44,529 nt of DNA from Chitinophagales bacterium (GTDB lineage: Bacteria; Bacteroidota; Bacteroidia; Chitinophagales; Chitinophagaceae): NCBI GenBank assembly GCA_038199395.1, contig JBBPZJ010000291.1, positions 1 to 44,529 of the forward strand, read 5' to 3'. Made by a program: the position numbers and the translations under genes. Each line of letters opens with the position of its first letter. Position 1 is the first letter of the stretch. The notes under the pieces are model-generated. The model ran no database searches. It was not told where the DNA came from and saw only the letters and a program-made list of their open reading frames with translations. Below, one piece after another: positions 27,695-36,804 of the stretch.

Positions 27695-30600
27695 ATGATT
27701 TTTAAAAACATCTTAAAGACCTTTTTATCCTTATTCATCTTTTCATGCGCATCGGGTCAGGATTTTAGTAATAAGGGGAACGAATTCTGGGTAGGGTATG
27801 GGTATCACCAAAGCATGAACGTCGACAATAACCAGGACATGGTACTTTACTTTACATCTGATGTTGCTGCAACAATTAAAGTGGAGATACCTGCAGTGGG
27901 CTGGGTGAGAACGTACAATTTAAATGCTAATTCTGTTAAGGAGTCTGATCCAATTCCTAAAGTTGGTTCTCAGGATGCACGTTTATTGGTCGAGGGAACT
28001 TCTAAAGCCGGCATTCATATTACAAGTGACAAGCCTATAGTGGCTTATGCCCACATCTATAATTCGACTAACTCGGGAGCGTCGTTGCTTTTCCCCGTGA
28101 AGACGCTTGGGCAGGATTATTATTCATTAAATTTTACCCAAAAGGCGAATACTGACAATTCTAATTCATGGGCGTATGCCATTGCTACTGAAGATAATAC
28201 GACAGTTGAAATTATTCCCTCCGCAAACACGCTTACACATACGGCCGGAGTAAGTTTTACGGTTTTGCTTAACAAGGGGGAAATCTACAATCTCATGGGG
28301 AAGACCTTCGAAAATAATGGTGAAGACTTGACGGGAACGCGAATACGCTCGATTAGTTCGGGGTCGGCAGGTTGTAAAAAGATTGCGGTTTTTTCGGGAT
28401 CGGGGAGATTATCTATTAACTGTGATAATACCTATGCTACCACTTCGGACAATATTATCCAACAGGCTTTTCCGCGCAATGCCTGGGGTAAAAAATTTCT
28501 TACCGTACCAACTTCCAAACTCACTAATAACTTTTTTAGAATTGCAGTTAGTGATCCATCCACCGTTGTGACTGTAGATGGAGTAAGAGCTACTAACCTA
28601 TTAAAAAATTTTTACTACGATATCATTTCCAATACTCCAAAAGGTATCACTGCGGATAGACCAATCATGGTAGCTCAATACATAACCTCAGCAAATTCTT
28701 CCAACGGACCTACTTGCGGTAATACAAATAATGTAAATGGGAATCCTAATGGAGATCCGGAAATGATTTATTTAAGCCCGATAGAGCAAACTATTGATAA
28801 TATCACTTTAAACTCGACCGATCACTACCAAATCACTGCTCATTTTATTAATGTCATTATAAAAACTTCCGCTATTAACAGTTTTACGCTTGATAATCTT
28901 GGTATGGCCTCTTCTTTTAGCAAACATCCTCAAGACCCAAATTACTCGTATGCTGTCTTTTCAGTTCAAAAAGGTCCGCATAATTTAAAGGCTGACTCAG
29001 GTTTCAACGCTATTGCATATGGATATGGCGTTTTGGAATCGTACGGATATAATGCCGGAACTAACATAAAAGATCTCAACCAGTTTATTTCTTTAAAAAA
29101 TCCCTATTCGACGGTTAATTATCCGACTACCTGTAGAGATACAAAATTTCTCTTCGCCATTACTTTGCCTTATAAGCCATCAGCGCTTACCTGGGATTTC
29201 GGCCTCGATTCTCATATTGCTCCAAATCAGTCCGTCACGCAAAATAATCCTCTTTCAGATTCTGTTTATACGCGCGACGATAAAACTTTATATGTCTATT
29301 CATTGCCATCTTTGTATTCTTATAATTCAACCGGAACTTACCCATTAAAAATTACAGCTAACAATCAAACCGGTGAGGGTTGCAACGGTTTACAGGAATT
29401 GACATATAACATTGAAGTAATAGAACCGCCCGTTACTAATTTTACTTTTACTCATGGCGGATGCCTAACGGACTCTGTTTATTTTAATGACGCCTCCGAT
29501 GGCCGCAACAGAACATTGAACAGATGGCTTTGGCAGTACCCCGACGGAACAGTCGATGTCGTTAGAAATCCTCGTAAGCTTTTTACTGTGTCCGGTTCTT
29601 ATAATATTAAGCATTCCTCTATAAACGATGTTGGGTGCGCTACAGACACAACAAAAATGTTTACTATTGCTCCTCAACCGGTTGCTGCTTTTAATTTGTC
29701 TAATGCTGCATGCCAGGGAGCTACTGTAACATTCGCCGACGCTTCAACCATTGCATCAGGTAAAATCGTAAAATGGTATTGGGATCTGGGTGATGGCCGC
29801 CTAATTACGAATACTACGAATGCCGCCGTCAACACAGTTTTCAATACTCCGGGTAACTATATTGTATCGCTTCAGGTGGAAAATGAGTCGGGTTGTAGAA
29901 GTAAGATTGCCAAGCAAAATATTACCGTGCAATTTTCACCAATTATTGGTTTTGATATGCCCGGTGTGTGTTTGCCCTTGGGAAAAGCAGTATTTAGGAA
30001 TCAGACTACAATAAATGACGGCAGTGCAAATTCACTGACTTACTTATGGAACTTTGGAGACGGAGGAACATCAACCGAAACAGATCCTCAATACATTTAT
30101 ACAAAGCCCGGTCCGTTTAGCGTCAATTTAAAAGCTACCTCTATTTTTGGTTGTTCAAAAGACTCGACTAAAGTTTTTTCTAACATTTATTCTAAGCCTG
30201 CCGCAGCATTTAATTTTAATCCTAATAAATTGTGTGATACCGATACTATTCGCTTTACTGATGCCAGTAATGCACAAAATAGCACGGTCGCAGTATGGAA
30301 TTGGAAATTTGGAGATGGAAGAAGTAGCAGCAGTCAAAATCCGGTAATTAGATTTTCGGAGAGCGGTTCTTACCAGGTTTCATTATTTGTCGGATCTGCT
30401 GCGGGATGCACATCAGATACTGCAAGAAAAACTATCTATATAAATAAGTCTCCGACGGCATCGTTTGCAATTTCCGGTTCAACCTGCGAAAACGAGCCAT
30501 TTACGATCATGGATCAATCAAAAGCTAATTCCGGAACAATAAATAACTGGACTTGGTATTTTCCTGATGGAACAACAGAAAGTCACCCTAATGGAAATTC

Positions 30601-32029
30601 TTTTACGAGAAATATCGCACAATCGGGTGCATATACAATTGCACTTGTAGTTGGAACAGATAAAGGTTGTAAAAGTGATACTTTCAGGCAAGCTGCTCTT
30701 GTGCGCCCGGTGCCGGTTGCAAATTTTGTATTACCTAAGATTTGCGCAAATGATCCATTTGCTCTTTTTAAAGACAGCAGTTATATAGCCGGAAATAGTG
30801 GCGGAGGGCAGTTTACTTATAAGTGGGATTTTGGTGATACTAATTCCTCTGCTACAAATCCGAATACTTCCAACCAACAAAATCCACAACATAAGTATGT
30901 TGCGGCAGGTTTGTACAGGGTGTCTTTAACAGCAACGTCAGGCACAGGTTGTTCAGCTTCTACCACAAAATCTTTCACTGTAAGTAGTGGTTCGCCAAAA
31001 ACCGATTTTTCTATAATCGATGATGGACCTGTTTGTTCCAATGCTGAAGTTCGAATCAGAAATAATTCTTCGGTAGATATTGGCTCCATCACTAAGGTTC
31101 AGTTAGTTTGGGACTCTCAGAATAATCCTTCCATCGTTGAAAATGACAACAGCCCTTTTGAAGGTAACATTTATAGTCATACGTTTACCGCGGCTCAAAC
31201 TAATCAAACCTATCTTGTAAAAATGGTAAGTTATTCGGGTGTAAATTGTTATAGTGAGAAAGTTATTCCTGTTACTGTAAATCCTTCACCCAAAGTCACG
31301 TTCACACCAATTTCCCCTATTTGTTTAAATGATAGTTCTCGTGTTATAACTGAAGCAAAAGAGACAAGCGGTATTGATGGTGCGTTTGCATTTAGCGGAG
31401 TTGGGGTAAGTGCTTCAGGTAGCTTCAATCCCGCGGTTGCCGGAGCGGGAACTTCGACACTTAAATACGTATTTACCTCGTCTGCCGGTTGTAAAGACTC
31501 TGCCTCCCAGGTGATTGAAGTAACACCAAACCCGGTTGTATCATTTAATTCGCCTGTGTATGTTTTAGAGGGCGGCTCTGCTGATTTAAACCCTTCCATT
31601 GCAGGCAATGCCGTCAAGTTTCTTTGGTCCCCGGCTACTTATCTTAATAATCCTAACATTAATAATCCGCAAAGTGTTCCTAAAGACAGTATTACTTACC
31701 ATCTTACTGCTACAACACAGAGTGGTTGTGAAGGAACAGGCAACGTGACAATACTAATCCTTAAAACGCTCGGAATTCCGAACGCTTTTTCACCAAATGG
31801 AGACGGTATTAACGATGTTTGGAATATTGCGTCTTTAGCCAGTTATCCGGGTTGTGTTGTGGAAATCTATAACAGGTACGGATCAATTGTTTATCGAAGC
31901 ATTGGTTATTTAAAGCCCTGGAATGGAACATTTAATGGCAGTTCTTTGCCGGTTGGCGTATATTATTATATTATAAACCTTAAAAACGGAAGTAAGCCTT
32001 ATTCGGGAAATGTAACAATCGTGAAATAA
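27695..32029 (+). CDS. Large T9SS cargo: IgGFc-binding-like N-terminal domain, tandem PKD/Ig repeats and a type-B CTD
   Basis: Signal peptide then KGNEFW; repeated W.FGDG; C-terminal IPNAFSPNGDGINDVW...IYNRYG...WNGT...LPVGVYYY. Confidence 0.92.
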   Translation: MIFKNILKTFLSLFIFSCASGQDFSNKGNEFWVGYGYHQSMNVDNNQDMVLYFTSDVAATIKVEIPAVGWVRTYNLNANSVKESDPIPKVGSQDARLLVEGTSKAGIHITSDKPIVAYAHIYNSTNSGASLLFPVKTLGQDYYSLNFTQKANTDNSNSWAYAIATEDNTTVEIIPSANTLTHTAGVSFTVLLNKGEIYNLMGKTFENNGEDLTGTRIRSISSGSAGCKKIAVFSGSGRLSINCDNTYATTSDNIIQQAFPRNAWGKKFLTVPTSKLTNNFFRIAVSDPSTVVTVDGVRATNLLKNFYYDIISNTPKGITADRPIMVAQYITSANSSNGPTCGNTNNVNGNPNGDPEMIYLSPIEQTIDNITLNSTDHYQITAHFINVIIKTSAINSFTLDNLGMASSFSKHPQDPNYSYAVFSVQKGPHNLKADSGFNAIAYGYGVLESYGYNAGTNIKDLNQFISLKNPYSTVNYPTTCRDTKFLFAITLPYKPSALTWDFGLDSHIAPNQSVTQNNPLSDSVYTRDDKTLYVYSLPSLYSYNSTGTYPLKITANNQTGEGCNGLQELTYNIEVIEPPVTNFTFTHGGCLTDSVYFNDASDGRNRTLNRWLWQYPDGTVDVVRNPRKLFTVSGSYNIKHSSINDVGCATDTTKMFTIAPQPVAAFNLSNAACQGATVTFADASTIASGKIVKWYWDLGDGRLITNTTNAAVNTVFNTPGNYIVSLQVENESGCRSKIAKQNITVQFSPIIGFDMPGVCLPLGKAVFRNQTTINDGSANSLTYLWNFGDGGTSTETDPQYIYTKPGPFSVNLKATSIFGCSKDSTKVFSNIYSKPAAAFNFNPNKLCDTDTIRFTDASNAQNSTVAVWNWKFGDGRSSSSQNPVIRFSESGSYQVSLFVGSAAGCTSDTARKTIYINKSPTASFAISGSTCENEPFTIMDQSKANSGTINNWTWYFPDGTTESHPNGNSFTRNIAQSGAYTIALVVGTDKGCKSDTFRQAALVRPVPVANFVLPKICANDPFALFKDSSYIAGNSGGGQFTYKWDFGDTNSSATNPNTSNQQNPQHKYVAAGLYRVSLTATSGTGCSASTTKSFTVSSGSPKTDFSIIDDGPVCSNAEVRIRNNSSVDIGSITKVQLVWDSQNNPSIVENDNSPFEGNIYSHTFTAAQTNQTYLVKMVSYSGVNCYSEKVIPVTVNPSPKVTFTPISPICLNDSSRVITEAKETSGIDGAFAFSGVGVSASGSFNPAVAGAGTSTLKYVFTSSAGCKDSASQVIEVTPNPVVSFNSPVYVLEGGSADLNPSIAGNAVKFLWSPATYLNNPNINNPQSVPKDSITYHLTATTQSGCEGTGNVTILILKTLGIPNAFSPNGDGINDVWNIASLASYPGCVVEIYNRYGSIVYRSIGYLKPWNGTFNGSSLPVGVYYYIINLKNGSKPYSGNVTIVK

Positions 32030-32104
32030 TTAAAGGATATAAGAATATTTATTTTAAGATTTGATATCCGTTCTTGAATAAGCAATAATGCCATACATTT
32101 AAAA

Positions 32105-33127
32105 ATGAAAAGTAAAATTTTCTTTACTGTTGTTACCTGTTTTCTGTTTTTTACACCTTTTGCTCAGCAGTTACCTCATTATACCCAGTATGTCCTAAAT
32201 AATTTTATTTTAAATCCGGCGGTGGCAGGCATTGAAAATTATACGGATGTTAAGATCAGTCATCGCCACCAATGGGTTGGTATAGACGGTGCACCCGTTA
32301 CAACTTACCTCACCATTCATGGTCCTTTAAAAAAAAGTGACTATGCACGTGAAACTGCCACGGGTTTTCATATTGACGGAGAAAACCCGAGAGGCTCGGC
32401 ATATTGGAAGAATTATGAAAAGGCCGACCCGCATGCGGGTATCGGCCTGACCATATTAAATGACCGGACCGGTCCTTTAAATCGTTTCGCGGCATATGGA
32501 ACTTATTCCTATCATCTTGGTATTGCACCCAAAACTAGTTTAGCTATAGGTATTTCGGCAGGGGTAAAAAATACTACTTTAAATGCCGGTAAACTTTCTT
32601 TTGATGTGCCTGTTGATCCTGTAGTAGCGGGAAGTGGATATTTAAATAGACTAAGTGCAGATATGAATGCCGGACTGTGGCTGTATTCTGCAAACTATTT
32701 TGCAGGCATTTCTTTTCAAAACATTATTCCATCTAAAATAAAATTTTCTGAAAATACAGTGAAGCTTGAAGGTGGTCGCCAAATACCTCATACTTTTTTG
32801 ACTATGGGTTACCGTTTTTTTGTAAATGACGACATAACTTTTCTTCCCAGCACGATGTTAAAATATGTTTCGTCAACACCTATTAGTTTTGATGTAAACG
32901 GCAAGCTGCAATACCGGGATTTTTTATGGGTGGGAGGTAGCTTACGCTATAAAGATAGCTGGGCCGCCATGGCGGGATTAAACATTAGCAACGCAATTAA
33001 TATTGGCTACTCATACGACATTACTACCTCGGCATTGAATACAGTAAGCAGAGGTTCTCATGAAATTGTTATAGGCTTTTTATTGGGGAACAGGTACGGC
33101 GACTGGTGTCCCAGAAACTTGTGGTAA
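32105..33127 (+). CDS. PorP/SprF-family T9SS membrane protein
   Basis: QQLPHYTQY.LN.FILNPAVAG, RHQWVGIDGAP.T and GYSYD...GSHEI. Confidence 0.93.
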   Translation: MKSKIFFTVVTCFLFFTPFAQQLPHYTQYVLNNFILNPAVAGIENYTDVKISHRHQWVGIDGAPVTTYLTIHGPLKKSDYARETATGFHIDGENPRGSAYWKNYEKADPHAGIGLTILNDRTGPLNRFAAYGTYSYHLGIAPKTSLAIGISAGVKNTTLNAGKLSFDVPVDPVVAGSGYLNRLSADMNAGLWLYSANYFAGISFQNIIPSKIKFSENTVKLEGGRQIPHTFLTMGYRFFVNDDITFLPSTMLKYVSSTPISFDVNGKLQYRDFLWVGGSLRYKDSWAAMAGLNISNAINIGYSYDITTSALNTVSRGSHEIVIGFLLGNRYGDWCPRNLW

Positions 33128-33276
33128 AGTAGCCGCGGCAGATGTGCCGCCTGTTATAAAAACTATTGCTACTACAATTTCCAAAAACCTTCTCATTGTT
33201 ACCTTATAGCTGATTAAATAGCAGAGGGTGTTACAAATGTTTCTAAATATATTTACGTCCTCAAACTCCACGTCTC

Positions 33277-34134
33277 ATGCGCAAGCTGGCATTACTCATA
33301 CTTGTCCTTTCTCAAATATCATTAAGAGCCCAGGTTATAACCGACTCAATGCTAATAGAAGGACATTTCAGAACATTTAACTATAACAATCCGGGCAAAA
33401 GCAAAAGAGAAAATTTAATGTTTGTAATGCATGGTTCGGGTGGTAATGGAAAAGAAATGATGAACGCAACAAAATCTTTGGAAGCAAAGTCTGGGGCAGA
33501 AAAACTTTTAATAGTCTATCCTGATGGATATCAACATTATTGGAACGAATGCCGCAAAGCTGCAACTTCAACGGCAAATATTGAAAACATTAATGAGAAT
33601 GCTTTTTTTGACTCTATGATACATTATTTTCAAAGCAACTATCAAATCAATAAGAGTAAAGTATTTGCGGTTGGTACATCGGGAGGCGGTCAAATGGCTT
33701 ACAAACTTGCTTTAACGATGCCTGAAAAATTTAAAGCTGTTACTGCTATCATTGCCAATTTGCCTGATACAAATAACATGGATTGCATCGAAGTAAAACG
33801 GCCTGTACCTGTAATGATCATTAATGGAACTGAAGATCCGCTGAACAAATACAATGGAGGTATGATGGTATTAGGAAGTGTGACACTTGGATATGTGCGG
33901 TCAACTGACAGAACATTTAGGTACTGGTCGAGCCTTGCCGGATACACAGGTGAACCTGTAAAAGAAAGTTTACCGGATACAGATCCGACAGATGGGCGAA
34001 CTATAGAGAGATACACGTATAAAGCAAAAGGAAAACCGGAAGTAGTGTTGTTAAAAGTAATCGGCGGCAAGCATGATTATCCAAAAGATATAGATGTACA
34101 TGAAGAGGCATGGAAATTTTTTAAAAGACAATAA
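33277..34134 (+). CDS. Exported alpha/beta hydrolase, PHB-depolymerase/LpqC-like esterase
   Basis: Signal peptide; MHGSGG, VYPDG, GTSGGG nucleophile elbow, NGTEDP and GGKH. Confidence 0.85.
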   Translation: MRKLALLILVLSQISLRAQVITDSMLIEGHFRTFNYNNPGKSKRENLMFVMHGSGGNGKEMMNATKSLEAKSGAEKLLIVYPDGYQHYWNECRKAATSTANIENINENAFFDSMIHYFQSNYQINKSKVFAVGTSGGGQMAYKLALTMPEKFKAVTAIIANLPDTNNMDCIEVKRPVPVMIINGTEDPLNKYNGGMMVLGSVTLGYVRSTDRTFRYWSSLAGYTGEPVKESLPDTDPTDGRTIERYTYKAKGKPEVVLLKVIGGKHDYPKDIDVHEEAWKFFKRQ

Positions 34135-34192
34135 GATTTCTGAGTTGAGCCGGTTCGTGAAATCATACTTTATAATATTCTTATCGCAGCAA

Positions 34193-35395
34193 ATGAAACG
34201 TTACATAAATTTTCTGGTCTATTTTATTGTATTCACACTTTTAATGACGGGCTGCCGAAAAGATATTGAACCTCAAGAGGTTGTTCCAAACGCTGACCTA
34301 TTTGTTTCCGCTACCTCTTTGGGTGTTTTTCCTAAAGCTTCACTTCAGGCTTTTGCGGTATCTGCAGGGTTGTCTGTTTATACTAGTTTTGTAAAATATG
34401 ATGTAGAGTTTTATAAGTTTGTTTATAACACGACTTACAAAGGTAAAATCATTCAAGCCTCCGGTTTACTGGCAATCCCAAAAAATGTACAAGGTGTTCC
34501 TTCCTTACTAAGTGCTCAACACGGAACCATGTTCAAAGCTACCGACGCTCCCTCCAACTTTCCTGCTACTTTCACCGGTTTTGAATTGTTTGCTGCCGGT
34601 GGCTTTATTACGGTCATTCCTGATTTTATCGGATATGGTATTTCTCAAAATATTCCTCATCCTTATTATGACCAGCAATATTCTGGTTTTGCTGTTATAG
34701 ATATGATTAAGGCTGCTAAATATTACCTGTCTCAAAAAAATATAGCCATCACTGACAGACTATTTTTAATTGGTTATTCAGAAGGTGGATATGTAACTAT
34801 GGCGGCTCAAAAAGAAATAGAAACCAACCCAGCAAATAAGTTAACGGTTACTGCTGCTGCTGAAGGTGCAGGGGGATATGATCTAAATGGCATGTTGTCC
34901 GCAATTGCAAATGGTTCAACCTATTCTGCACCGTCGTACCTGGCTTTGCTGCTTAATGGATATAATAAAACCTACGACTGGAACCGTCCTTTCACCGATT
35001 TTTATCAGCAACCTTATGCTGACCGAATACCTTTATTATTAAATGGAACAAGAAAGCGTAGCGAAGTAGACGACCAATTAAATAAGTCTCTGGCAGCCTT
35101 ATTTAACCCTTCTTTTTATACCGCCTTGCAGAGTCCGTCAGCAGAAACTGTTCTAAAGCAGAAACTGACCGATAATAGCTTTCTTGACTGGGTACCTAAA
35201 AGCCCTACACGATTGTATCACGGCACTGCTGATGAGGCTGTTTTTTATCAAACTTCCGTAAACACTTACAATAGATTTAAAGCTGCAGGAGCCACCAATG
35301 TTGAACTTTTTACTATTCAAAACGGAACTCACGAAAAAAGTGTTCAGCCAATGATTGAGAATGTACTGCCATGGATACAATCGTTGGACAAGTAA
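34193..35395 (+). CDS. Lipoprotein alpha/beta hydrolase (secretory lipase-like)
   Basis: Start MKRYIN, lipobox MTGC; QHGT, PDFIGYG, GYSEGG, HGTADEAV and GTH. Confidence 0.85.
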   Translation: MKRYINFLVYFIVFTLLMTGCRKDIEPQEVVPNADLFVSATSLGVFPKASLQAFAVSAGLSVYTSFVKYDVEFYKFVYNTTYKGKIIQASGLLAIPKNVQGVPSLLSAQHGTMFKATDAPSNFPATFTGFELFAAGGFITVIPDFIGYGISQNIPHPYYDQQYSGFAVIDMIKAAKYYLSQKNIAITDRLFLIGYSEGGYVTMAAQKEIETNPANKLTVTAAAEGAGGYDLNGMLSAIANGSTYSAPSYLALLLNGYNKTYDWNRPFTDFYQQPYADRIPLLLNGTRKRSEVDDQLNKSLAALFNPSFYTALQSPSAETVLKQKLTDNSFLDWVPKSPTRLYHGTADEAVFYQTSVNTYNRFKAAGATNVELFTIQNGTHEKSVQPMIENVLPWIQSLDK

Positions 35396-35575
35396 TTATA
35401 GTTGAATTAAGTATTAGGATTAAACTATGCAGATTTGTGAGGTCTAAATAGTTATAAAATAATAAGTTGCTATGAAAGCTTTAATAAACATCAATATAGA
35501 TTTTTAAACAAAAAATGGGCAGCTTTGCTCATAAAACCCGTATTTTTAATTTCCTAGAAACACTTAGATAATCAT

Positions 35576-35995
35576 ATGAAAAAAGTTTCCATTTTATTTT
35601 TAAGTTTGACGATCGCAGGAATGAGTAACTACTATTCTTATTCTCAAACAAAAAAACCGGTTAAAAAGACGACTAAGACAGTAGCAACTAAGACCACAAC
35701 TTCTTCAACAAAGAATACTTCATCGAAGGCTGACATAGATCAAGGAAAACAACTACTTTCTAAATCTGATTGTCTTTCCTGTCATCAGCTACAGGTTAAG
35801 GTGGTTGGGCCTGCTTATACTGCCGTTGCTGCAAAATATCCTGCGACAGGCGAAAATGTTGATAAGCTATCAGATAAAATTATCAAAGGCGGATCGGGAT
35901 CATGGGGGCCGATTCCTATGTCTCCTCATCCCAGTATAGCTAAAGCTGATGCAGAAAAAATGGTAAAATACATTCTTTCTTTAAAAGCAAAATAA
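35576..35995 (+). CDS. Class I cytochrome c (c551/c552-like)
   Basis: Signal peptide, Lys/Thr-rich linker, CLSCH, VVGPAY and GSGSWGPIPM (Met ligand). Confidence 0.93.
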   Translation: MKKVSILFLSLTIAGMSNYYSYSQTKKPVKKTTKTVATKTTTSSTKNTSSKADIDQGKQLLSKSDCLSCHQLQVKVVGPAYTAVAAKYPATGENVDKLSDKIIKGGSGSWGPIPMSPHPSIAKADAEKMVKYILSLKAK

Positions 35996-36064
35996 ACTAC
36001 TCTAAGTAGTTTAGACTGCCTTGTTTTTGATATTGTCTTTACCGAATTGGAACCAGAGAGCATA

Positions 36065-36100
36065 AAGATGCAATGCCTGTACAATCAGGTGTTGCATCTT
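36065..36100. other. 15-bp stem-loop downstream of the cytochrome c gene
   Basis: AAGATGCAATGCCTG-TACAAT-CAGGTGTTGCATCTT with two G-U pairs and no strong U-tract. Confidence 0.5.
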
Positions 36101-36804
36101 GTATTTCTACCGTGAAGGGATGTCAAACGGGTTGCGTGTGTAAGGTATATCTAGGGGCAGGTATTTGTCACGGCGGTTACGATTATCCCATATCCTATAA
36201 CGGACCTCGCATTTTAGAGGAAAGAATTCAGAAAGTGTTTAATTCTGCAAGAAGGATAGAAATAATTTTATTAAGTAAAAGAATATTTTAGCCAAATTAA
36301 GATGTTGATCTCAATACCTTGTTTCTTAAGCTGGTCTGCATGACAGTACATGACGGTTGTATTGATGGCAACGTATATTTTGCAACTAATAAAACTAATC
36401 TTGCTCACTCGTTAATTTTATTTGTAAGTTTACCACTAACGATTATAAAAAGCTTGTCATGAAAGTTTCTTCTTATTATCTTATCAGGTCCGGGCCTTTC
36501 CTAACAAGGTTTTCGTATTCATCTGGTTAAGCAATTTTTTTACTGTATCTTATTTAATATCCCCGGTTTTTAACCTGCCGCTCACGTTACTGCAAGGTTT
36601 CTTGTGTAATAAAAATGAAAGGCATAACTTAGTAAAGGGAATGAAATATAAAAAAGGGCCTTCCCGAATTATAAAACAAAAACAAGTGCTTTTTTAATAT
36701 TTTGTATCAAAAAACGGCACTTAAAAATTTTCATACTTTGCTACAATTTTACCTCTAACCCCTAAAATTGTATTTGTTTTTGCTTATTAAAATAACCAAT
36801 TGAT

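Noticed and set aside
36073-36291. Cys-rich 72-aa ORF as a possible RiPP or metallothionein
   Set aside because: Its start lies inside a strong hairpin, the start context is poor and no modifying enzymes are nearby.
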